From: Octopus sinensis
Lineage: Eukaryota
Assembly (NCBI RefSeq): GCF_006345805.1
Contig: NC_043013.1
Coordinates: 744,001-808,000, forward strand
DNA: 64,000 nt
Direction of reading: 5' to 3'
The translations under genes were made by a program, and so were the position numbers. How positions within the stretch are numbered: the first letter of the stretch is position 1; every line of letters starts with the position of its first letter. Shown piece after piece: positions 28,001 to 40,000 of this stretch. Below the pieces are notes generated by a model. The model was given only the letters and a program-made list of their open reading frames with translations, had not been told where the DNA came from and did not search any database.

Positions 28001-30378
28001 TAGGGTTTGTTAGATTTTGTTTTGGTAATGTCCTGCTGATCATTATTAACTGAACCCCTGTGTAAATCTTCTCTTGGACTTGGTGGTGTTGGGGTTTTCT
28101 AGAAGAGTATTTTGAAAGAAAGAAGACAAGATTTAATCAGTTTTTGTAAAAATATTTTCTTAAATGTTTTGTCATATTTATGTAAAAAAAAAAAATTTAA
28201 CCTGTCACAGGAACAACATTGAACTCTTACTTATTTTAGCAAATATGGGACAGCACTCTAGACATATTCTGGACCAATTAACCCTCTTCAGCGAAGCATA
28301 CATTCACTATATTTGCCAAAGTAGTGATGGAGAGAATCACAAAGTATACTGCATGGTACACAAGTTGAAAGAGAAAATTAGCAAATTTTAAACAAACAAA
28401 TTACTAAGAAATACCATCTTTATGGAAAAAGAAAACAAAATATTAAAATTTTGTGACAACATATTTAATGTAGCTAGCTTTAAGATATACACTATGAATA
28501 AAAGACAACATTAATCAATTATTAATATTATTTTAAATATTCCAACAGGCAAGGGACACAACTCTGAAAATGTTTTAGCATTATTATTCTTCCTCAACAA
28601 CACAAATACTTTATCATGTATGTGAAAGTAATAATTAAAAGAACAACAAAGAAAATGTACAATATTATAAAAACATTAGTTACTGATTAATAATTTTGCT
28701 TCATTGCATAATTACAAATAAATGCTTTTTCATATAGATAGCATGGGTGGTCTAAAATAGAAAAACTCTATAATGCACTTTGCTACTTACAGCATGAGGA
28801 ATGTTAATTTCATACTGACAAATTAGTTATTGGACTGAATGAGCAGGGGTTAAACCTCCTGGCAAAGGATTCAGTTCAATTCCAGTGATAGTATATAAAC
28901 AACAGACCCACAAAGTGAAGGGCCAATATCCTAATAATTCAACCAACTGCATTTCTTATGCTATGAATAGTTTATATTGTATGTAATTTTTCTGAAGCAA
29001 AGTATATTTTTAACTCAATATTGGTTTTAAACTTTGGTGCAAGGCTAGCAATTTCAGGAGAGGAAGTAAGTCGATTACATTGACCCCAGTACATGACTGG
29101 TACTTATTTTATCAACCTTGAAAGGACAAAAGGCAAAGTCAACCTCAGCAGAATTTGAACTCAGAACATATGAAGTGCTACTAAGCATTTTTATGAACGC
29201 ATTAATGAGTCTGCCAGCTCACCGCTTTTTCTAATCCCAATTTTAGAACAGAATAGAAAAGGAAACTGCTTCTCTTATTAAAGAAATCAAAATGAATTGA
29301 AATATCTTTGTCTTTCAGGTATCCATTTGCCATATATCACTAAAGTTCCACTTACCTCTACCTCCGTTTTCTCTGTGGCACTTGGAATTCTTACATTATC
29401 CTAATAAGAGAGCAAAACATTCCGATTGTAAGATTCTATTTTCATGATGTTCGTCTTTCTTTAAATTTCTAAATCTGAGAAACAAAATTATTTTTTGTTC
29501 AAAATTACAACATTTAGAATTTTACAATTTATTCTTTGTATCTTTTACTTGTTTCAGTTATTGGACTGTGGCCATGCTGGGGCACTGCCAAATCAACCCC
29601 AATACTTATTCTATCAGTCTTTTTTCTTTTAGCTGAACTGCAAAGTTACAGAGATATAAACACACCAACATCAGTAATCAAGTGGTACTGGGGTGGGGTA
29701 GGGTGAGGGGACGAGGGGGACAAATGTGCACATCTGATGGATGGTTTTTATCTGCCAAATTCACTCACGCAGCATTGACCTGCCCAGGGCTATCAGTAGA
29801 AGCCAACTGCGCATGGTGCCATGCAGCGGGACTGAACTCAAAACTGTGGGGTTGGCAAGTGAAATTCTGAACCACAAAACCCATGCCTCAATATCTTTCC
29901 AGTAATATCCAATTCTGACATCATCAATAGAGTGATGGTTGAGTAAAAGGTGGATTTAGTGAAGATGGAAAGTACTTATGGGGAAACTGGGTGAAGCTGA
30001 CCATAATGGCAGTGGTAAACATTCTTTTGTAAGTATTACCAGAAGGTACAGCTAATTCATTTCTTTGTTTCTTGTTACCTTCTAAAGTTAAGCATAAAGG
30101 TTATGTTTCTTCAGAGGAGGGGAAATGAAACCTGCCCTGCCCATCTCCTTCCCAGAAGAATTGGTAATGAATGTGCCAATAAATAACAATAACTATAAGT
30201 CACAATTAAGTTACAACCCGAGCTTCTGTTTTGAAGTGTTTCCCATATGATACTATTGGTGGTATTCAACTACTCACCATTAGCACAAAGGTGGACTTGT
30301 ACAACACTGCAAGCTAAGAAAAATCTTGTCATATCTATAGTCACTTGGTTATTGATAAAACACAATCAACCCTGGAAC

Positions 30379-30418
<40 letters not shown>

Positions 30419-33400
30419 CAAGAGAATCTAGGCACATTGGCATGTAGGACACCAGGACTGGCTAGGTACCATAACATTGAGTTCACGGTGAGGTAAAGAC
30501 AATTATGAGGTGTCATGTGTCAATAATGTACTGCATGTATGTATATATTAGGTACCACATCCAATACAAACTGTAAATCTGACTCAGGGTTAGTTCCAGG
30601 TGTGGTGTAGATATAAAAAGAATGAGGTTTAAAACTTAAAATTTACTGCACCTTTTAAACCCCATTTGTGTTCTTTATATATATATATATATCTCAACCA
30701 ACACACTCATAAATTAGATGCAGTTTAATCTTGTCAGTGACCAGGTTACAGTTTGTGCAATGAAAATTTTGACATCAAATATATGTTGAAATGAAGTTAA
30801 GAGACTTTGGATGTTTTTGATCGGCTAATATGGGTGTCTTTCTTGAACTGTTTTAGTTTCACCATTGGTCTTGGATCAAATGCCAGGTAAGTGTACCTTC
30901 AAGACAACAATTGTTTCTGATTTAAGCACAAGACTAGTAACTGTAGGGGTGGGGAGGGATTAATCAAATACACCAGCCCTAATAGTTGACTGGTACTTTA
31001 TTTTATTAACCTCCCCAAAAGGATGAAACGCAAAGATGACCTTGGTAGGATTTGAACTCAGAATGTAAAAGACCTAGAAGAAATACTGTAAGAAATTTTG
31101 CCTGATTTCAACTCAAAACTAGAGGTTAACAAAACAGTTTTCAAATAAGAGTGTCCTCTGAAAGTCCCTATTTATAACAAAATGGTAGAATCTGAGAAAA
31201 CTGGTGGTGTTCCACAATGTCAAATATTTGCACTGAAAGTAAATTTTATGCTGAGAGGAAAACGAGAAGGTTAATATTTTGGCCAGAACAATTCACAACA
31301 GAGAGAGAGAGAGAGAGAGAGAAATTTGTTCCCTAGTGGTACTGGATTAATAAATTTATAAAGAATCAGTAAAAAATACACTGTGGTGTAATATCAGTGG
31401 CAGCTCTTTCATCATGACAACCTATAACCTACCAATTCCATAATTGGTGACTCAATTTACTCAAATGACAAAATAGAATAAAAAAAGTACTTTAGAGAAG
31501 TACTTTCTGATTCCTCAAAATATTTAATACCAATAAAAGTTGTATTTACAAAGTTAAACTCGCAAATATCTATTAAGAAAAGTTCAGATATTTGCATTCC
31601 AACTAAACATATTCAGAAGTGAACGGCTTTTGTTCTCAGACTTCAATCGACAGGAAGCAAGATACATTACTCCAATCACTAATCAACTTGGTTATTCGTT
31701 CTGTTAATTTCCTGTATATTATTACCTCTTTCATCAACAATCAACAGAATAAAAAGAGAAGCTGACAACAGTAGAAGCTTCTCTCAACATATTTACTTTT
31801 ACAGCTGCACAGTTGTAGTTAATGACTACATAACGAGTAACAAATACATATTTTTTAATAAATAAATTTTTACATCTTCATTTTCTTTGCTGTGAGGTTC
31901 AGACAAACTTTCATCAAAGTCATCAGAATAATCCTGTAAAAACAAAGACTTGTAATTAATCTTTTAGTGGCAAACACATCTATTTTAAGAAAACATTTCC
32001 TAATATGGCAAAAGAAAGAAACGCCAGTATTAGAACTGTTATCAATTATATTACTGAAGTTAACAAATTTTTACTCCACCAGTTAAGCTATAAATGGAAA
32101 TATTAACATTCTTATTTAGAAGATTAGATTTTCTATAATTTCTCAATCAAAATGATATAAATTAACTTTAAAAAAATCATGACAAGTTACAGATGTTTTC
32201 TTTCTCAAAGTAGAATATAATCCTTATGGATCAAAGAGAATATATTGATATGATACTTTTATATATAAATATATTTGTGCTGAAAAAAAAACTGGAAAAT
32301 TATGAAGTAAAGGAAATTTTGCTCCCTTTAGTCAGTTTCCACTTCTTATTTTAAATTATAATGTAAACATTAGAGAAGAAGAATTTTTAAAAAATATATC
32401 AGACTATGGTGAAAGAAGTTTTAGGAGATTCTGCAATTAAGAAATTATATTTTGTTGAAATTCCCCCCATTCTCACTAAAGGTCAATACTGGTATTTCTT
32501 TACTACTTTTAATTCTAAGTTAGTCAAAGACATTCCAATCTCAATATCACTGTCATTTGTTGAAGAGCACTTTCCATTATCATCTTTAAGCTGACTTTGA
32601 TGCTTTTGCTGTGGTGCAGAATCTCTAAGATGTACTTCAGTTCACTAACGGCACGGGCAGTCAGCATTCTAACTGTAGCCATTTTGTCGATATAACTGGA
32701 ACACAGAATTTAAAGATATGGTTGCTGTTTGGACAACAGTGAAATGTTTTGTTTTTGTGAGGGAATTTCATCATTGTATTAAGTATAAGAGTGACAAGAG
32801 ATTGAGATAAAGATCAATTTAACCAATTTTAATTAACATGAAGTGCATAAGAGTGACAGGAAATCGATCTTTACCTCAATCTCCTGCCACTCTTATGCAC
32901 CTGACATTAATTAAAATTGTTTGCCAGCTCTGTCTGGCAACCGTGTCGGTGGCACGTAAAAGCACCATCTGTTTGCGTCCGTTGCCAGCCTCGGCTGGCC
33001 CCCGTGCCGGTGACACGTAAAAGCACCATCTGTTCGTGGCCGTTTGCCAGCTCTGTCTGGCCCCGTGTCGGTGGCACGTAAAAGCACCATCCGTCCGTGT
33101 CCGTTGCCAGCCTCGGCTGGCCCCCCGTGCCAGTGACACGTAAAAGCACCGTCCGCTCGTGGCCGTTTGCCAGCTCTGTCTGGCAACCGTGTCGGTGGCA
33201 CGTAAAAGCACCATCCGTTCGCGTCCGTTGCCAGCCTCGGCTGGCCCCCGTGCCGGTGACACGTAAAAGCACCGTCCGTTCGTGGCCGGTTGCCAGCTCT
33301 GTCTGGCCCCGTGTCGGTGGCACGTAAAAGCACCATCTGTTCGTGTCCGGTGCCAGCATCGCCTGGCCCCGTGCCGGTGACACGTAAAAGCACCATCCGT

Positions 33401-34065
33401 TCGTGGCCGTTCGCCAGCTCTGTCTGGCACCTGTGCAGGTGGCACGTAAAAAACACCCACTACACTCGCGGAGTGGTTGGCGTTAGGAAGGGCATCCAGC
33501 CGTAGAAACACTGCCAGATCTGACTGGGCCTGACGAAGCCTTCCAGCTTCACAGACCCCAGTTGACCCATCCAACCCATGCTAGCATGGAAAACGGACGC
33601 TAAACGATGATGATGATGATGATGATGATGTATTAAGTATAGCAAACAACTGCAGAGAGGATCAGGTTTGGGACTGTCAAGACATTTGAAGCCTAATGAA
33701 ATGAATTCTGTTTGATCCAATATCAAGCTTATACTATGAAGAATCAACCAAAATCTCTTACTTCAAAATCATCAGCATAATCGTAGTCATTATCATATGA
33801 ATCATTTCTCTTCTCAACCGTTTCTTCCTCAATCACATTTGCTTCACTTGCTTCTTTTATCTTAAAAAAAAAGAAGAAAAAATCAAAAAGAAATAAATAT
33901 ATAGGTGCAGGAGTGGCTGTGTGGTAAGTAGCTTGCTTACCAACCACATGGTTCCGGGTTCAGTCCCACTGCGTGGCACCTTGGGCAAGTGTCTTCTACT
34001 ATAGCCCCGGGCTGACCAAAGCCTTGTGAGTGGATTTGGTAGACAGAAACTGAAAGAAACCTGTC

Positions 34066-34096
<31 letters not shown>

Positions 34097-37000
34097 CTTG
34101 TCCTCCCACCATCGCTTGACAACCGATGTTGATGTGTTTGCCTCCCTTTGACTTAGCAGTTCAGCAAAGAGATCGATAGAATAAGTATCACCTGGTTAAC
34201 TATACTGGTGACTAGGCTATAGCCAACACCGCCAGATATTTTGAGCATCTCTGCAGTGATTCCAGGCTTTTCATGTCTTCATACTCTTAATTGCTTTATC
34301 TACCAAGGTACTGTCAATTCGGATAGCTCATCCCTCTGTTGGGTGGACATTCGGCAGACTCTCTTTCTCCCATTCATTCTCTTTATTGAGCAACCTTTCA
34401 TAGTGGCACCTCCAAGCTTCTCTCTTTGCAACCTCGTTTAGTGCAAGTGAACCATCATCCATGTGGATACATTTCTCTCCTACCACATCACGATTCTCTC
34501 TGTCTTGCAACATGAAATACTTCAAGTCTTTGGTCCTCACAGTGCAGAACATTGGCAAATTTTTTCCTATCTGCTTCCCCTCTGGCTAAATAAACCCGTC
34601 TCCTAGCTTCCCTTCTGGCAGTCTGATACAATTTCCTGCTACCACTGTTCTTCCAAGCCTGTTTCTTTTCTCTAATAACCCTGTCAGCAAACATTGTTCC
34701 ACCACCACATTATCTTGGGTCAAGAGGGCACTTTGCACCATCCACAGATCTGGTCAGTGGCTCTCAGCAGGTCGTCCCACAGAAACCTCCAGTTGTCTTC
34801 CACATTGTGCGAAGTTATATCCCCTTCTATTTTGTCAAAGGCTTTAAGTAATACGTCTCTACATTTCTGTCCATTCACAGAATCTTTAAGCTTCCAGACT
34901 CTTCTCCTCCATGCTGGTCATCCATTTAGCCCTGATCCTGAAGTCGCTAACTACTAGTCCATGTTGTGGGATACATTCTTCACCTGCATTTATTATCAGC
35001 CATCTTTCCCTTTTTCTGGTGAGGATGTAGTCAATTTGGTCAGTGTGCCTGCCAGAATGGTAGGTGACTAGGTGACTGGCAGGTTTCCTGAAGTTAGTAT
35101 TGCAAACCATAAAATCATTTGCATCGCAGAACTCCAGCAACCTGGTTCCATCCTCAATGCGGGAACCAAACCCATAGCCTCCATGTACGCCATGGAAGAC
35201 CCCTGTATGTTGTCCAACATGTCCATTGAAGTCACCAACCACAAAAAGAAGGTCCTCGTCATTCGTCAACGAGGTAGTCTGCAAGAGGGTATTATAAAAT
35301 CAGTTCTTCTGTCCATTGGGTACCCCTGGCTGAGGGGCATAGACCAAGATAATGGTTGCTAACCCATAATGAAGCACTAATCTAATCTTAAGTATTCTGT
35401 CACATACTCTGACTACCTCGATTACCTTATCCACCCATTTCTCCACAAGAAGTATACCCACAACCCCGACCCCATCAGTGTTCCCTGTCCAGAAAATCTT
35501 GTTCCTGTGTTCTTTGCCTGTGAGGAACCTAGCAGAACCTTACTTCTTGGAGGCAGCACAAATCAACACATCTCTGTTCAAGCATCTCAACAATCTCACC
35601 AGACCTACCTTTCAGTGTGCCAACATTGAGTGTGTCAACCCTGACGGTGTGGGAGGTGTGTGCTCATGAGACCCTGGGATGGGGGACAGCAGTGTCATGT
35701 ACCTAAAAAGAAAGCTTGCATTTGGCAGAATTCATAAACAAACAATAGCCTTCAACCTGCATACACTACACCATCATTTTTATGTGCTACATGATCACAA
35801 CCTTACATAGCAGATAAACCCTAAGTAGGGGTGGGGATGGCGTTAAGCCTTTAGAAGTGTTCATGGGAGACAACCAAAGGATGACAAAAGATAGGAACTT
35901 CCGGTAGAGGTGGAGGGGGTGGGAGGGCAGGCATACCGCGAGGTAGCAAATTTAGACGAGAGCATCTTCTGGATTCAAATTCTTTTGGTGGAGGTATTAA
36001 AAATCGAGTAGGGGAATCCAGGTGGGTGTGCTAGTTTATATAGGGTGGGGGTGAGGGTGGAGGAAGTGTTGGTGAAACAAGTGGTAATCGAAAGAGAAAG
36101 AGAGAGACAGACAGGCAGAGAGAGAGAGAGGGGGCCAGTGTTAGGGTGGTCAGAACACGAGGGAGAAAAATATTCTTTTGGGATTTTGGGTAACATAATT
36201 TAATGAAACAGCAAATGCCAATAATAGTGAAATAGAATTGAAAAATCTTATCATTAAATTCTATTTTTAACATAATTAACCTACAATGATTTATAAGATG
36301 TGTTGATGAGCCACAACTTATCAAACAAGCCACATCTCAGTCACCATTCATGCTTCTTCAGCTTATGAAGTGGACTATGCTTTGAGGATTCCAGATTTTA
36401 CAAAAGTATTTTGATTTTCTCACAACTGACATTTTCATAAACATGTCCAGTGTTTATAGGAATCCTCATGACAAATTGTCAAAGAATTCAATTGGACAGA
36501 TGCTAACACGTTAGGAAAAAAAAAAAGAAACTCAAAATTTTCCTATTTTGTATGCTTTGTTCATTATTTCGAGTAGTTTTTTTTTTTTTTAGAAAATTAA
36601 TTATGGTTGCTTTTTAACCCCAAACAGACCTGTGATCACCCCATTTTCTTTCAGTATGTCCAAGACAAACATTATCCTGTATAGACATATTTTCTGTTTA
36701 TATGACAATAGCATATCCATTCACTATTCCAGGAGTAGGGTGCTCGCAATGGACCCTGGCTGGATTCACAAGCATGAATACCTGAGACTATGGATATTAT
36801 CCAACCATCCCATTCTTAACCAATCCTTTCTTGTGACATTCTAATCAAGTCTGTGGAGCTGGATTCTCCTTGATCTCCAAGCTATGCACCCTGTTAAGTA
36901 ATGCTACCCCTGTGATCCCCATTAAAGAAACCCCATTTTGGTTACTTATACCCAGCATTCATGACCACAGGTGAAGAGAGACACAGAAACCAAATTGAAG

Positions 37001-40000
37001 ATAGCAAGTTTGGCTTTTTTTACTGAAATCTCTCCTTTTCTGAGGATCAAATGCCAGAACTGGCACATTACCATCCCAGCAGCTACAATTCTAGCATCCA
37101 ATTAGGCCTCCGACTTCCAATCATTCAAGAATACTTCTCCACTTGTCTGAGTGACGTTCCACTAATACGTAGATTTGAGGGAGAGCTGGCTGCTCTATCT
37201 AACAAGTCAAATGACTATGTAGATGCTCCTTTGTCTGAGAAGGAAGAGCTGTGTTCACAGATTAAAGAGTTTTCTTTTAAATTTATAAAACAGTAGAGTT
37301 ATAAGTCTATATTGCTGTGGATGAGATGGAACCTTGCACATTCACTTTCTGAAACAAAACGAAATTGGAGAATTGTATCTGATGCAAGAAAAGGACAGAA
37401 AAATGCTTTGAAATTGCAATCTATAGATATAATGTTTGATAGCATAACTCACCCATGGAGTGGGTGGGTATTTGGGTGAGGGAGTGAGTGAGTGAGAGAG
37501 TCAAGGTAGTTTGGTTGCTGAGTAAAAGCTTTGGAATACTTGATCACGAATGTGTGAGTATGTATATATGTGTGTATATATGCACACACAAAAATATACA
37601 TACAAGCACACACAGAATGTATGAAGGTAAGCACCCATTAGAGAGTGTGATCAGTTTAAATAATGGGGAGATAAAAAGAATTCAGTGGGATCTAAGGCGT
37701 ACTGGCAAGAGTAATAGAAGGTAGGTAGAGAAGTTGTAGTAATTAGAGTTGTTAACGTGAGGGCAAATCTCACCAACAGACTAAAAACTCAATCCCACAG
37801 AAATTTTGTTCTTAGTTCTGCCTCTTTTATCTACAAGACACCTTGATCCTTTGAACTTTAGGTTGCTAATTAATTTTATCCAGTTACGTGATTTTGTATA
37901 TCTAATCCAGTGTCCTTCCTTATTTAAAATGATATAAGCATGTTATTTGACTACCTTTTCTAGCACACCATGCAAACTGCTGGGCATCAAAGGCTTTAGA
38001 TATTGGCTGATGTTTTCACAAATAACAACTGTACTAGTTTAGTAACGTAACACAAATGGATGAAGAATTCTGGGTGAAATAATGCCATGAATGCTGAAGG
38101 AGTGTATCCACGATAGAAACAGATCAAAGACTTAGGAAGATGAAATCCTTGTAAATCTTTGAATTCTGGAATTTTTAATGGAGCAAGATAGATACACATG
38201 GAGGAATTCTAATATTACAGACCTATACACCCCATAGCAGAATGGAAAGAGATTTAAAAAAAAAAGACAATGGTGGTGGTAATAGTAGCTGTGAACCAGG
38301 CAGACAGCAACTACTTCTGGACCTGGTAACAGACAATTCCAGAGATAATTTGTACACTGTACAAGGGAACACTAAATATCAACATAACTTATATTAATAT
38401 AGTCAAAAGAATTTAAGAAAAACAAAAACACACCATCATCATTTAATGTCCGTGTTCCATGCTAGCATGGATGGAACAGTACCACAACAGCCGGCCAGGC
38501 CGAAGCCTGCTCCAAACTTCTGTGACTGTTTTGGCAGGATCTTTACAGCTGGATACCCTTCCTAACACCAACCGCTCAACAGAGTGGACTTAATGCTTCT
38601 TATGTGGCACAAGCACAGGTGAGGTCAGTTTTGGCAAGGTTTTTACAGCTGGATGCTCTTCCTAACACCAACTGCTCAACATAAATCTATGCAATAATTG
38701 TAAAATAATTATACATCCATTTCATTTGTATTTGCACAAAAATAAAAGCCAATCATTTTCTAAGTTGCAAGAATCTAAAGAGCCAGTGATAGCAATAACC
38801 ATTTTGCATTTGTACAGGCCATATCACACTAGATCTGGCCAGTTTGAACACCAAGCAGGTAGAATATTTGAGCCTGTCACACCTGTCTCATAATGTCATT
38901 CTAAAAATAAACAATCACACCATTGAAATTTTGAAGCTATGAGATAATGCAAGATTCATTCAAAACAAGGAAAATAAGGATTACATTTGACAGGATAATC
39001 TGAATGCTAAAGACTTAACTAGATTAGAGATAAAACTTCCTTTGGACAGTCCTGTACTTGACTTTAGGTAACTTTCCCTGAGTTAAGGTGTGTGAGCCAA
39101 TAAACCAATCAAAAGGATAGAAACTGTTGGGTTCCTGATTACTTCCTTGTGCCTATCCCCTATCAATACTGCCAAGCACACACACTCACTTAAAAATAAG
39201 ATCAACACATTATCAATAGTCCTTAGTGACTGAATAAAATTCAAGGAAGCAAGTGAAGTTCTTATGGCCAATGATAGTACCACCTGACTGGGTGGAAATA
39301 CCTACGTAGGTAAGTTTAAAATATGATGGAAATACCTATGTAAGTAAGTTTAAAAAGCACCATTTGAGTAGGGTCAATGCCAGTGCCACCTGACTGGCTC
39401 CCGTGCCAGTGGCATGTAAAAAAACACTATTCGAGTGTGGTTGATGCCAGTGCTGTCTGACTGGCCCCATGCCGGTGGCACATAAAAAGCACCCACTACA
39501 CTCTCAGAGTGGTTGGCATTAGGAATGGTATCTAGCTATAGAGACCTTGCCAGATCGGATTGGAACCTGGCACAGCCTCCTGGTTTGCCAGCTCTCAGTC
39601 ATACCATCCAACCCATGGAAAGCAGATGTTAAACGATGACGATGACGACGATGGAAATACCTACATAAGTAAGTTTAAGCATTGATACAGTAAAAGATGA
39701 ACTAATTTTAGGCTAAATGGTTAAATATCTCTAATGCAAAGTTACTGAGAATTTATAATAAATAAGGTTATTAATCATAACATGAACAAAATCTTCATCA
39801 ATTAGAATACAGATTTATATATACATCACAGTAACGACCAGGCAGTCAGGTGTTATACCTCACTGATCACAATGCGCTTCAAATTGTTTTAGGCTTTTGA
39901 ATAATGCCACCCCACTGGCTAGGCGAGCAGGCCTGACTGAAAGGCTATTCTGTCATAGGGTATAAGGTTACCCATTTATAGCTCAGTGGACAGGAACAAC

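Noticed and set aside
32400-32700. Coding-looking segment as an extra DYNC2I1 exon
   Set aside because: From the good acceptor near 32696 the phase-0 frame hits stops (LYRQNGYS*), and the flanking exons join directly as DDFE|DYSDDF.
32876-33574. Long 150-230 aa ORFs (also 49616-50419 and 47740-48048)
   Set aside because: Artefacts of GC-rich tandem modules and retroelement tails, open in several frames at once.
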